Notes: generated from the letters alone by a model not told the origin. DNA of 61,780 nt, filler included, from 7 parts of 7 records of this genome joined end to end with filler, not necessarily neighbours in it; one strand, 5' to 3'. Positions 26,192 to 36,433 are shown, counted from the whole stretch's first letter. Translations and numbers: made by a program.

Positions 26192-27180
26192 CCCTATTGT
26201 CCGTGCTGGATCTCGCCCCGATTACTGAAGGGAGTGACGCCGCGCAGTCGTTCAAGAACTCCGTGGAAATTGCGCAGCTTGCAGAAAGACTTGGATACAA
26301 TCGCTACTGGATGGCGGAGCATCACAATATTCCCGGCATCGCGAGTGCGGCGACGGCAGTTCTGTTATCTCATGTCGGTGCGCATACAAAGACAATCCGC
26401 ATTGGTTCCGGCGGTGTCATGCTACCCAATCATGCCCCGCTTGTTATTGCTGAACAGTTCGGAACGCTCGCCTCTCTCTACCCAGACCGGATAGATCTCG
26501 GGCTTGGACGCGCTCCCGGTACGGATGGACTGACCGCGCAGGCGCTTCGGCGCACAATGAATGCCAATGTGGACAGCTTCCCCCGGGATGTGCTGGAGTT
26601 GCAACAGTACTTCGCCGATCCGGAGCCTGGCCAGAAGATTCAGGCTGTGCCGGGCGCAGGATTAAAGGTGCCGCTCTGGATTCTGGGGTCCAGCATATAT
26701 GGCGCAGAACTCGCGGCGCATTTCGGATTACCCTATGCATTCGCCTCTCATTTTGCGCCGACGGACCTGCGGCAAGCCCTTCATATTTACCGGCAGAATT
26801 TCAAACCATCCGCGCAGCTTGATAAGCCCTATGTCATGGTCGCTATGAACCTGCAGGCCGCCGATACCCGCAAGGAAGCGGAATTTATCGCTACATCTCT
26901 GATGCAGGGCGTTCTGGGCCTCGCGCGGGGGATGCCGATCCGGTTGCCTGCGCCGATTGAAGGCTTTGCCGATCAGCTTGGGCTTCAGGAAACAGCGGCC
27001 ATCTCGCGCTTCATGACCTATACGGCACTTGGCGATACACAGGATGTGTCAAAACGACTACAGGAATTTAAAGCGGAAACGGATGCAGATGAAATTATCC
27101 TGACGGCGCAGATTTTTGATCATCAGGCGCGCCTTCGGGCCTTCGAAATCGCGGCGCAAGCAATGACAACACTTGCCTAG
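26188..27180 (+). CDS. Luciferase-like (LLM) flavin-dependent monooxygenase, YhbW-like
   Basis: [38 protein letters not shown]. Confidence 0.9.
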   Translation: MTLLSVLDLAPITEGSDAAQSFKNSVEIAQLAERLGYNRYWMAEHHNIPGIASAATAVLLSHVGAHTKTIRIGSGGVMLPNHAPLVIAEQFGTLASLYPDRIDLGLGRAPGTDGLTAQALRRTMNANVDSFPRDVLELQQYFADPEPGQKIQAVPGAGLKVPLWILGSSIYGAELAAHFGLPYAFASHFAPTDLRQALHIYRQNFKPSAQLDKPYVMVAMNLQAADTRKEAEFIATSLMQGVLGLARGMPIRLPAPIEGFADQLGLQETAAISRFMTYTALGDTQDVSKRLQEFKAETDADEIILTAQIFDHQARLRAFEIAAQAMTTLA

Positions 27181-27487
27181 TCGAGGCACGGGCCGGAGTT
27201 TCCTGTGTCTCGCCTGATTTTGCTGCGGGACGCGAATATCTCACCGATTTCCTAATGTTTATTGAATTTAAAGCATTGAAATTCTTCTAATAAATCTAAT
27301 TTTTGCAATGCAAAATAAATTTCACCTCGGGCGACAAATATACTTTTAAATACTGTGTTTTCGGTTATCATGACATCTGGAAAAGCCGATTGCGCGATCC
27401 AAGCTGCAGTCCATTTGTAATAAAAGCGTCGCTAAACCCGTTCATTTACTAAAGATCTCGAAGCTATAAAATCCAAGGGAGTATAGA

Positions 27488-28657
27488 ATGACCGTTAAAT
27501 CTCAAAAACCTACTCAGACAGATGGAAAACCGGCAACAACAGTCAGCCGCCGGAATGTCCTGAAAACAGCAACCGCTGTCGGTGCTTTTACCGTTGCCGG
27601 ACCCGCGATTGTCAAAAATGCGTTCTCCTCTTCCGGGGAAATTAACATCCTGATGTGGTCGGATTACCTGCCAGAACCTTTCATTGCGGACTTTGCTAAA
27701 GAAACGGGTATTAAAATCAATTACACAGGTATTGGCTCGAACGAGGAAATCATCAACAAGATGAAAGCGAACAAAGGTCAGGGCTTTGACATTGTGTCGC
27801 CGACAAATAACCAGGGGCTGGAATGGGGACCACTTGAACTTCTGCAGCCTTGGGACATGAGCCGTGTTCCGGTCGATAAAGTCAATCCGACGATGGCTGC
27901 CATCGGCACCAAAGACTGGGACTTTGAAGGAAAGGGGTCTCACTGGCTTCCTCACATCTGGGGAACGGAAGGCGTTGCCTGGCGGACTGATAAATGGACG
28001 CCGGCCGGCACCGCGCCGAGCTACGGGGATGTCTGGGCTGAAGAGAACGCCGGCAAGACCATGGGACGCCCGCATTCCATGATGCTGTGCGCGGGCTTGT
28101 ATATGGAAACGACCGGTGAGCTTAATCCGGGCGATATGTGGAAAGCGTATGAATCTGAAGAAACCATGCGGCCGATCTGGGAAAAGGTGACGGATTGGTG
28201 CATTGCCCGAAAAAACAATATCAAGCTGCTTTGGAACGATGCAGACACACAGAAAAATGGCTTGCTGAACGAAGGTGTCGTCGTCGGCCAGACGTGGGAT
28301 GGTCCACCAATGTCACTTAAGACCGCTGGCGATCCGGTTATGTATCAGGCGCCGGTTGAAGGGGCGATGGCCTGGGTTGACGGCATGTCGCTGCCGATCG
28401 GGGCGAAGAATATGGATCAGGTCTACGAATTCATTAAATTCTCCTACGACGCCAAGAATGCTGGTAAGGCGATTGATTCCCACGGCTATAACTCGCCTGT
28501 CCTTGGGGCAGATCAATTTGCGGGCGATGCCTATAAGAAGAATTTTGCGGATGCCTATCCGGGCGACTCGCTTAGCAATTTGAACCCGTGGCCACCACAG
28601 GCCCCTTGGTATGCCGCCGTGCGTACCGAATATGTGAACAAGTTCAAGAGCTCGTAA
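27488..28657 (+). CDS. PotD/PotF-like ABC substrate-binding protein with Tat signal
   Basis: Twin-arginine SRRNVLK, WSDYLP, PHIWGTEG, EGAMAWVDG. Confidence 0.88.
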   Translation: MTVKSQKPTQTDGKPATTVSRRNVLKTATAVGAFTVAGPAIVKNAFSSSGEINILMWSDYLPEPFIADFAKETGIKINYTGIGSNEEIINKMKANKGQGFDIVSPTNNQGLEWGPLELLQPWDMSRVPVDKVNPTMAAIGTKDWDFEGKGSHWLPHIWGTEGVAWRTDKWTPAGTAPSYGDVWAEENAGKTMGRPHSMMLCAGLYMETTGELNPGDMWKAYESEETMRPIWEKVTDWCIARKNNIKLLWNDADTQKNGLLNEGVVVGQTWDGPPMSLKTAGDPVMYQAPVEGAMAWVDGMSLPIGAKNMDQVYEFIKFSYDAKNAGKAIDSHGYNSPVLGADQFAGDAYKKNFADAYPGDSLSNLNPWPPQAPWYAAVRTEYVNKFKSS

Positions 28658-28671
28658 GTCTTGAATAGACA

Positions 28672-28699
28672 TGCCGGACCCGCAATTGCGGGTCCGGCA
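28672..28699. repeat. Perfect 28-bp palindrome between the SBP and ATPase genes (mRNA-stabilising or attenuating hairpin)
   Basis: TGCCGGACCCGCAATTGCGGGTCCGGCA. Confidence 0.7.
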
Positions 28700-28768
28700 C
28701 AATTCCCGCTTATTTTCTTTGGATCGAGGGGGTTTCGATGAAAAAGGGTATTAATTGGGGAATGATCC

Positions 28769-29881
28769 ATGACCAAAGGCGTTGATGTCGATCTGGAAAA
28801 TGTCTGGATCAGGTTTGGTGATTTCGTTGCTGTCCGTGAAGCTAATGTGAATATAAAGGGCGGGGAGTTCTTCTCTTTCCTTGGGCCGTCCGGCTGCGGC
28901 AAGACGACGATCCTGCGTTCGGTGTCGGGTTTTCTGGAACCAAGTGAGGGCAATGTCAGGATTGGCGGCCGGGATATGGCCGGGATCGGACCGAACAAGC
29001 GGCCTACGGCCCTTATTTTCCAAAATCTCGCCCTCTTTCCCCTGATGAAAATTTGGGAAAATATTACTTTCTCCATGGAGGTGAAGGGCGCCAGCAAGGC
29101 CGAACGGCGCAAGCGGGCCGACGAGCTTCTTGATATGATCGCTCTGCCGGATCAGGGGGAAAAGCTCCCCTCCGAACTGTCCGGGGGGCAGAAACAGCGC
29201 GTAGCGATTGCCCGCGCGCTATGTGCGGAACCAGATGTATTGTTGCTCGATGAACCGCTTTCCGCGCTGGATTTAAAACTCCGCCAGCATATGCGCACAG
29301 AACTCCGTGAAATTCAGCAGCGCGTTGGTATCACCTTCATCTATATCACGCATGATCAGGGCGAGGCACTGACGATGTCCGATAATGTGGCCGTCATGCG
29401 CGCAGGGATCATCGATCAGATCGGATCCGGCCATACGGTTTATAATGATCCGGCGACGCCCTTTGTGGCCTCCTTCGTTGGGGAGAATAATGTTTTTCGG
29501 GGCAAGGTGAAATCCATCGATGATGATATGGCGCTTGTCAGTACCAATCGGACGGGCGAGTTATTGGCGCGCATTGCGACGACGGCGCAAGGCTCCTTGA
29601 AAGTTGGTGATCCGGCGATGATATTTGTTCGCCCGGAGGCCCTCAATATCGCGCCGGATATTTCACCCGCGCCGAACCGCTTTGCCGCCATGGTCAAGCA
29701 TGAGGAGTTCGAGGGGCAGATTTATAATGTTTTCCTTGAAGGTTCTGAGGGCAAAGAAATCAAGATGTCCCTCGTGAACATAGGTAAGGAGCGGCAATCG
29801 GCGGAAGGCATGAACCTGACACTTGAATATGTGCCAGAGCAGGCAGTCGTGTTGCCTGCCGGTGAGCTTGCCAGCGAATAG
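28769..29881 (+). CDS. PotA-like ABC ATPase
   Basis: GPSGCGKT, LSGGQKQR, LLLDEP, THDQGEA, TOBE-like tail. Confidence 0.93.
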   Translation: MTKGVDVDLENVWIRFGDFVAVREANVNIKGGEFFSFLGPSGCGKTTILRSVSGFLEPSEGNVRIGGRDMAGIGPNKRPTALIFQNLALFPLMKIWENITFSMEVKGASKAERRKRADELLDMIALPDQGEKLPSELSGGQKQRVAIARALCAEPDVLLLDEPLSALDLKLRQHMRTELREIQQRVGITFIYITHDQGEALTMSDNVAVMRAGIIDQIGSGHTVYNDPATPFVASFVGENNVFRGKVKSIDDDMALVSTNRTGELLARIATTAQGSLKVGDPAMIFVRPEALNIAPDISPAPNRFAAMVKHEEFEGQIYNVFLEGSEGKEIKMSLVNIGKERQSAEGMNLTLEYVPEQAVVLPAGELASE

Positions 29882-29887
29882 GGGCGC

Positions 29888-30820
29888 GTGATGAATGTAG
29901 GGCATCTGTTCAAAGATTTCTTCGTTAAAAACGGGATCGGGCTTGGAACTTTTCTTCTCGTTGCCGTGCTGTTCTGGGTTGTTATCCTGATTGTCCTGCC
30001 GCAGCTGTCCATGCTCGATTTTTCCTTTCGGCATCATCTACCCCCGCCGGAAATGGGGGGGCCGAAAGACACCTATACGATTGAGCATTATAAATATCTG
30101 GTTCTTGGTGCGCCAGGCGCGGATACGTCTTACAACGTTGTTGATCTCGGTGTCTTTGGCCGGACATTACTTGCCGCCCTTTTCGTGACGATTCTTGATC
30201 TTCTGCTTTGTTATCCGCTCGCCTACTACCTTGGTCAGTCACGGGGCGGCGGAGCCATCCGCATCTTGGTGCTGCTGCTGATTATTCCTTACTGGATTAA
30301 TGAGATCCTGCGCGCTTTCGCTTTTCGGATCATCTTTGGCGAGAGCGGCCTGATTAACGAAATGATGCTGGCTATGGGATTGATCAGCAATCCCGTCGAC
30401 TTTATCCGGGCAAATGTGGCGCTCTATGCGGGGCTTGGGTACGCCTATATCCTACTCATGATCTTCCCGATATATAATGTGATCGAAAGCCTTGATCGCA
30501 ACCAGATTGAGGCAGCGCGCGACATGGGCGCACCTTGGTGGCGTATTCATTGGCGGATCGTTATCCCTTACGCCAAGCCGGGTATTTCATCTGGCTGTAC
30601 AATGGTGTTTATGCTTTCGGCGGGCGCGTTGGCTGCCCCGCAAATTCTGGGAGGTCCCTCCAGTCTCTGGTTTACGCAGATTATCTATCAGTGGTTTAAC
30701 ACAGGCGGAAACTGGCCACGCGGTGCGGCCTTTGCCATCGTCCTGCTTGTCACTTGTATTATCATCGTGCTCAGCATGATGCGGCTGTTTAAGGTGAAGA
30801 TAGGAGATATTGGTAAATGA
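29888..30820 (+). CDS. PotB-like ABC permease
   Basis: YPLAYY, EAARDMGA loop, multiple TM helices. Confidence 0.9.
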   Translation: MMNVGHLFKDFFVKNGIGLGTFLLVAVLFWVVILIVLPQLSMLDFSFRHHLPPPEMGGPKDTYTIEHYKYLVLGAPGADTSYNVVDLGVFGRTLLAALFVTILDLLLCYPLAYYLGQSRGGGAIRILVLLLIIPYWINEILRAFAFRIIFGESGLINEMMLAMGLISNPVDFIRANVALYAGLGYAYILLMIFPIYNVIESLDRNQIEAARDMGAPWWRIHWRIVIPYAKPGISSGCTMVFMLSAGALAAPQILGGPSSLWFTQIIYQWFNTGGNWPRGAAFAIVLLVTCIIIVLSMMRLFKVKIGDIGK

Positions 30821-32106
30821 AGACCAACAATATTCTCCTCAAATTCATTCTTGCCGCCTATCTCGTCGTCTTTTTTGGATATTTGCTGGGCCCGCTCGTC
30901 GTTATGAGCATTACCGCTTTCAATTCCCCGTCTTTCCCGAAACTGACGCCCTGGGAATGCCTGACGTTCGAATGGTTCGACGTCCTCGCCCATGATGAGA
31001 GAATATTGAACGGCATCGAGAATAGCCTCATTATCGGCATTGGCACCGTTATTCTCTCCGTGATCATGGGTCTTGCCGGCGCCCTGATGCTAACGCAGAT
31101 CTGGCCGAAACTGAGGGCGACATACTATACTATCGTTATTGCGCCGATCCTTATCCCGGGGGTGGTGCTCGGTATTTCCACCCTCGTGTTTTGGGACCGG
31201 ATCAGCATCATGCTCGGCATGAGTAGCGGGGGCATTCTGCATAACGGTATCTTCCTCACTATTCTGGGCCAATCGACCTTTATCGCGTCATATTGCATGC
31301 TCGTCTTTATCGCCCGGCTGCAGCGCTTCGATACGGGCCTGACGGAGGCGGCGCTTGATCTTGGAGCAACGCAGGTGCAGGCCTTCCGAAAGATTTTGCT
31401 GCCCTTTATGAAGCCCGCCATAGGTTCGGCGGCGGTCCTCGCTTTCTTGGCGTCGTTTGAGAACTACAATACGACAACCTTCACTTTTGGTAAGTTTCCA
31501 ACCCTGACCATTGAGCTTGCGCAGAAGGTCAGATATGGGATTAACCCGTCCATTTCCGCGCTTGCCTTTATCATTATCGTGCTGACTATTCTCGGTGCGC
31601 TTGCCCATGAAATTTACCGTCGACGGCAGCAACTTGCGCTCGCCAATGGCGCACCGGTCGCGGCAGTCTCGGGCGGGTTTCAGCTACCGAAGATTTTTCG
31701 CGGCAATCCGGCTGCAATTATTCTCGTACTTTTGACGCTCGGCGGGGCCTCAACTCTTTGGTTCGCCCAGAGCTACAGCCCGGACGTCTGTAAAATGGAT
31801 GTACGCGAGCAAAAGCGCCTTCTCCAGGAAGAGCGGATCAAGGCCATTCGAGAAAAGCGCCAGCTCGAACTGCAGCAGAAACAGCACCAGGGTCCGGATG
31901 TGTTCGGGGGCAGCAAGTCAACCGCACCAGCCACACAAAGCCCGGGAAAAGGTGCTTTTGGCAATGTGTTTGATCCGGGCAATCTCGATAAGAGCGGGTC
32001 GGGCGCGGTAAAACCTCAGGAACCAACCAAGAGCCCCGGCAAAGGGGCATTCGGAGATGTTTTCGCGCCACAAAATCTGGATAAAGCGGCCCCGAAGGAA
32101 GACTAG
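30817..32106 (+). CDS. PotC-like ABC permease with an extra C-terminal TM helix, charged segment and two 18-aa repeats
   Basis: EAALDLGA loop. The tail contains SPGKGAFGNVFDPGNLDK and SPGKGAFGDVFAPQNLDK. Confidence 0.88.
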   Translation: MKTNNILLKFILAAYLVVFFGYLLGPLVVMSITAFNSPSFPKLTPWECLTFEWFDVLAHDERILNGIENSLIIGIGTVILSVIMGLAGALMLTQIWPKLRATYYTIVIAPILIPGVVLGISTLVFWDRISIMLGMSSGGILHNGIFLTILGQSTFIASYCMLVFIARLQRFDTGLTEAALDLGATQVQAFRKILLPFMKPAIGSAAVLAFLASFENYNTTTFTFGKFPTLTIELAQKVRYGINPSISALAFIIIVLTILGALAHEIYRRRQQLALANGAPVAAVSGGFQLPKIFRGNPAAIILVLLTLGGASTLWFAQSYSPDVCKMDVREQKRLLQEERIKAIREKRQLELQQKQHQGPDVFGGSKSTAPATQSPGKGAFGNVFDPGNLDKSGSGAVKPQEPTKSPGKGAFGDVFAPQNLDKAAPKED

Positions 32107-32111
32107 GAAAG

Positions 32112-33090
32112 TCAGTCGATATCCGAGATTTCGGGTATGTTGAGCACCTGCCGGAGGCTGTCGGCCGCGGTCCCGCCTGCATTGATCCGATGCCATGTCA
32201 GACCGGAAACACCGCGTTCTATCTGTTGGTGCACGACCGCTGGTGTCGCATCGGAGGCATCGCCCTTTCGGGCCTCAACCCGCGCTGAAATTACTTTTTC
32301 GTCTGCCTCAAGCCAGATACCAATAAAAGGAACGCCCAGCTCTTTGGCGAGAGATTCAAAATCCTCTCTTTCCCTCTCCTTGGAGAAGACGGCATCAACA
32401 ATGATCCGCTGCCTGGCTTTCAGGCCAATCCGGGCTTTGCGCAGCAGTTTGGCATAAACCTGATCGCTCACTTCCTGCGTATAGCTAGATGGGGCCAGCC
32501 GTTCCGTCTCGGGCACATTAAAGAGCGCTTTTCGCTCAAGATCCGTGCGGAAATGCAAGAACCCCGGTGCCTGTTCCAGCGTGCCTGCAAGCAATGAGGC
32601 AAGGGTGGTTTTCCCTGTACCCGAGAATCCACCAATAGCCACCAGCACGGGCTTCTTTGGAGATAGATACTGCATGGCGGTGGAAAAATATTCCTTCGCC
32701 GTTGTCCGTTCTTCATCCGCGGCCCCGCCGGAGAGCTGCCTTGCGTGATCATTTGCGACCATGGCCCGTATCCCGGCGCGGATTGCAAGGAAGAGTGGCA
32801 TGGCTTTCATGCCGTATATATCCTCCAGCGCGCGGGACAGATAAAGATATCGGTTCAGCAGCTGGTTCGCGCTTGGGCTCATGTGCCGCTGATCAAGATC
32901 CATGAGAAGGAAGGCAAGATCGTAGAGGGTATCAATCGTTGCCAGTTCCTCGTCAAACTCCAACGCGTCAAAAAGAACGGGCTTTTCATCCATCAGGACA
33001 ATGTTACGAAGATGCAGGTCGCTATGGCAGCGGCGGATAAATCCCCGGCGCCCCCGAAGGCGCAGGCAATAGTGGGCATGGGATAGATGT
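32112..33090 (-). CDS. Bifunctional APH-like kinase / AAA_33 P-loop protein (Rv2004c-like), 3' part
   Basis: The frame stays open to the contig edge. RRCHSDLHLRNI, FDALEF, GFSGTGKTT, DASDAT. Confidence 0.85.
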
Positions 33091-33190
33091 NNNNNNNNNN
33101 NNNNNNNNNNNNNNNNNNNNNNNNNNNNNNNNNNTTAATTAATTAANNNNNNNNNNNNNNNNNNNNNNNNNNNNNNNNNNNNNNNNNNNN
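33091..33190. other. Artificial contig spacer
   Basis: N run with TTAATTAATTAA linker. Confidence 0.98.
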
Positions 33191-33191
33191 G

Positions 33192-33296
33192 ATCGACCCG
33201 CGCGAAACCCGGCCCATGCTGTGCCGCTGGCTGGACGTCAGCCAGGAACGGCTGAAAGGCCTGGTCGGCCCCCGGCTCTATCCGATGCGTCCATAA
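33192..33296 (+). CDS. C-terminal fragment of an acyl-CoA carboxylase carboxyltransferase-domain protein
   Basis: Hand translation IDPRETRPMLCRWLDVSQERLKGLVGPRLYPMRP*. IDPxxTR is the typical CT-domain ending. Confidence 0.55.
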   Translation: MDPRETRPMLCRWLDVSQERLKGLVGPRLYPMRP

Positions 33297-33473
33297 GAAC
33301 GGCTTCGGGCACCGCCCCTCGGCCTGTCGTCCCGGACAGGCACAGCGCATATCCGGGACCGACGCTTTCCGTACCGACGGGATGAGCAAAGCGTGGCCGC
33401 CTGCTCAAGGCCGGGGCGACGGGTTCGGTATCCGGTGCAAAACCGGCAATGTCCGCGTTCCGCGTTCCGCCAC

Positions 33474-34235
33474 TCAGGCGGCGTTCATCGCCTCCGGGAA
33501 CACCTTTGCCGCAAAACGGGGATAGGTCTCCGCGATTTCCAGCGAAATCTGCTGGCGGATGATGTCCAGCGTCGCGCGGTCAGGCAGGACGGTTTCCGGC
33601 ACATGGTCCGGCACGTCTATGGCAAAGCCCGTGTTGTCCAGCACTTCCTCCACCGTATGGCCCGGATGCACCGAGACCAGGTGGAATTTCTTGCGATCCT
33701 TGTCGAAGCCCATCTGGCAGAGCGGTGAAACCAGTGCGTAGGGACCGCCGGTCCGATAGACCTCCGGGTCACTGGTGCCGGGGGTGGAGATGAAATCCAC
33801 CTTCTCCACGAACACGCGCCTTGTATGTTCTTCGCGGAACAGGATCACGCGCGGGACCAGGAAATAGAGATAGGCAGACCCGAACGAACCGGGCCAGCGG
33901 ATCTTGGCCTGCGGATAGTCGCCGACACCCACCAGATTGATGTTGGCCTGGCCGTCGATCTGGCCACCACCCAGGAAGAACGCGTCCAGGCGTCCCTGCG
34001 CGGCCCAGTCGAACAGTTCCACGCCGCCATTGGTCATCAGATTGTTCAACCGGCTGCCCAGCACATTGACCTGCATGGCCCCGCCGGACTGGTGTCGCGC
34101 CAACAGGCAGCCGCCGCCAGGAATGGGGGATGACGCGCCGCATGACACCAGGCGACACCCCTCCAGCAGGCGGGCGATGATGGTGATCAGAAGCTCTTCG
34201 GTGCGGAGTTCGTCGGGGGCAGGGAAATTGCTCAC
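33474..34235 (-). CDS. Family I CoA-transferase-fold beta subunit (GctB/PcaJ-like), lacking the usual catalytic Glu
   Basis: FLGGGQIDGQANIN, GDYPQAKIRWPGS, EHTRRVFVEKVDFISTPG, HPGHTVEEV. GTG start at 34235. Confidence 0.85.
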   Translation of the reverse strand: MSNFPAPDELRTEELLITIIARLLEGCRLVSCGASSPIPGGGCLLARHQSGGAMQVNVLGSRLNNLMTNGGVELFDWAAQGRLDAFFLGGGQIDGQANINLVGVGDYPQAKIRWPGSFGSAYLYFLVPRVILFREEHTRRVFVEKVDFISTPGTSDPEVYRTGGPYALVSPLCQMGFDKDRKKFHLVSVHPGHTVEEVLDNTGFAIDVPDHVPETVLPDRATLDIIRQQISLEIAETYPRFAAKVFPEAMNAA

Positions 34236-34239
34236 AGGA

Positions 34240-35079
34240 TCACTCCGCTGCCGCAGCGCGCGCGCCGCCACCGGTCACATGCTGGTCCAGATAGGCATGG
34301 AAACCTTCCGTTGAACGCGCGGCCGCGACGTAAGACGTCATGTGCGCTTCATCCGTCGGATATTCTTCCCAGAATGCCAACGGCCAGGCGCCGCGCTTCG
34401 CCTCCGCAACGCCACCGACATACAGGGCCGGCAGGGTACCGGTCGCCGTTGCGTCATCGCGCAGCAGATTGCCGTCGACGATCTCCTCCACCGTCACCAG
34501 CGTCTGTCGGGATGCACCGGCCAGCGCCATGACTTCCCGACGGATGCCGATGAAGACATTGCCGTGCCGGTCCGCCTTCTTCGCATGGATCAGGGCAAAA
34601 TCCGGCTTGATGGCTGGCAGCAGGACAATCGGGTCGTCTTCATCGCTGAACGGGTTCTGTGCCACCTTCCAGTCGTCGCGGTTGGCCAGTACGTCAGACC
34701 CGATCATGCCGCGCAGGGGCATGTAGGGAATGCCCTTTTGCCCGGCCTGGATACCGGCATGGATCGCCGGGCAGGTCGCGTCCTTGATCTTCAGGCTGCC
34801 ATCGCCAATCGCGGCCTGGAATCGCGGCGCACCGCCGAATTCCCCCAGGGTCACGGCAGAGGTTTCGATGGTCGCCACCGCACCGGCCCCGATCAGCATA
34901 TCGCCCTGAAGGCCCGTGACCGGCAGGCAGACCATGTAGAGATTGCGCACGCCGCGGCGAACCATGGCCCGCGTCAGTTCCATCGCAACGCCGGTGTAAT
35001 CGGCGGGAACGGCAATCTTCGCCCCATCGGGGATCAGCGCCGCAAGGCTGTCGACTGAATCATGCACCAGACCGGTCAT
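34240..35079 (-). CDS. Family I CoA-transferase-fold alpha subunit (GctA/PcaI-like)
   Basis: DMLIGAG, PYMPLRGMIGSD, PAIKPDFALIHAKKADRHGN, VTVEEIV. Confidence 0.88.
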   Translation of the reverse strand: MTGLVHDSVDSLAALIPDGAKIAVPADYTGVAMELTRAMVRRGVRNLYMVCLPVTGLQGDMLIGAGAVATIETSAVTLGEFGGAPRFQAAIGDGSLKIKDATCPAIHAGIQAGQKGIPYMPLRGMIGSDVLANRDDWKVAQNPFSDEDDPIVLLPAIKPDFALIHAKKADRHGNVFIGIRREVMALAGASRQTLVTVEEIVDGNLLRDDATATGTLPALYVGGVAEAKRGAWPLAFWEEYPTDEAHMTSYVAAARSTEGFHAYLDQHVTGGGARAAAAE

Positions 35080-35358
35080 CGCGAATTCCTCCCATTTGAT
35101 GTGTTGTTTCTAGCAGGCCCTGCCCCATCTGAACAATGCTGTCGAACCCGCAGCCCTGTCCGCGCATACCAGCCATTCAGTTCCGGCGTCAGCGACCCCG
35201 GCACATCATCAGGTGCCGCCGCAGTGCAGACAATGTTCGTCGCACCGGATTTTCGTGCTTTTTCAGCCCCCGAAACAGACCGCCAGAACGGTTCCACATT
35301 CCGGTCCCATGCTCTAGTCTCACCGCAGCAAATTCAGCGATGCGGGAGGATACACGCA

Positions 35359-36399
35359 ATGGAAGTCGGACTGATTCTCGGGACGGGCGATGCCCACTAC
35401 CGGATCGATATGAACATGATCAAGGCGGCAGAAGCCATGGGCTACGATTCCGTCTGGACGTCGGAAGCCTGGGGCGCGGATGCCATCTCCTCCGCGTCCT
35501 GGATTCTCAGCCAGACGTCGAAGATCAAGGTCGGCACCGGCATCTGCCAGATGCAGGCCCGCTCCCCCGCGCTGATGAGCACGACATCCCTGACACTTCA
35601 GGCCCTGTCCGGCGGTCGTTTCATCCTGGGACTTGGCCCGTCAGGCCCGCAGGTCATCGAAGGCTGGCACGGTGTTCCCTATGGCAAGCCGCTGGAACTG
35701 ATCCGCGAATATGTCTCCATCATGCGCAAGGTCATCGCGCGCGAAGAACCTGTCACGCATGAGGGAACCCATTATCAGCTGCCCTACGCCGGCCCGGACG
35801 CCACCGGCCTCGGCAAGCCGCTGAAGACCATCCTGCGCCCCGAACACCCGCTGAAGATCTATTCCGCATCCATCTCTCCGGGCGGCATCCGCACCGCAGC
35901 GGAAGTCTGCGATGGCGTCATTCCGGTCTATATGGACCCGTCGAACTACAGCGCCATCGGCACCTACATCGATCAGGGCTTTGCCAAGACGGACGGCGCA
36001 CGCAGCCTGGACAACTTCGATGTCTGTCCGTTCGTCACCGTGGTGGTTGATGACGACATCGAAAAGGCGCGCCGTCCGGTGAAGGAGCAGATGGGCTTCT
36101 ACATCGGCGGCATGGGTGCCAAGAAAAAGAACTACTACGCCGAATATGCCACCCGCCTGGGCTATGGCGACGCCGCATCCGGCATTCAGGACGCATTCCT
36201 GGCCGGTCGCCGGGCAGAAGCCTTCTCCATGGTTCCCGACGAACTTGTGGACAAGGTGGCGCTGGTCGGTCCGGCAGGCCACATCCGCGAACAGCTTGCC
36301 GCCTGGAAGCAGGCCGGCAAGGAGCGGAAGGTGAATGCCATGCTCTGCCGCGCCACGTCGAAGGAAGCCCTGGAAATCCTGGCGAAGGAACTGCTGTAG
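35359..36399 (+). CDS. LLM-class oxidoreductase resembling the F420-dependent Rv3520c group
   Basis: SEAWGADA, LGLGPSGPQVIEGWHG, YIGGMG...NYY. ATG 35359 with a GGAGG RBS. Confidence 0.85.
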   Translation: MEVGLILGTGDAHYRIDMNMIKAAEAMGYDSVWTSEAWGADAISSASWILSQTSKIKVGTGICQMQARSPALMSTTSLTLQALSGGRFILGLGPSGPQVIEGWHGVPYGKPLELIREYVSIMRKVIAREEPVTHEGTHYQLPYAGPDATGLGKPLKTILRPEHPLKIYSASISPGGIRTAAEVCDGVIPVYMDPSNYSAIGTYIDQGFAKTDGARSLDNFDVCPFVTVVVDDDIEKARRPVKEQMGFYIGGMGAKKKNYYAEYATRLGYGDAASGIQDAFLAGRRAEAFSMVPDELVDKVALVGPAGHIREQLAAWKQAGKERKVNAMLCRATSKEALEILAKELL

Positions 36400-36433
36400 G
36401 GCCAGAAAACGGTCCGCGCTGGATCAGCGGCGA

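Noticed and set aside
32112-33090. Kinase plus P-loop protein as an aminoglycoside resistance or defence gene
   Set aside because: It matches the widespread Rv2004c-like housekeeping architecture and has no mobile or defence context.
33324-33362. GTCCCGGA...TCCGGGAC inverted repeat as an IS end
   Set aside because: No transposase or target duplication. It is more likely a short REP-like hairpin between convergent genes.
35062-35358. 99-aa N-terminal extension on the LLM oxidoreductase
   Set aside because: ATG 35359 has a strong RBS and matches the family start. The extension spans the divergent promoter region.
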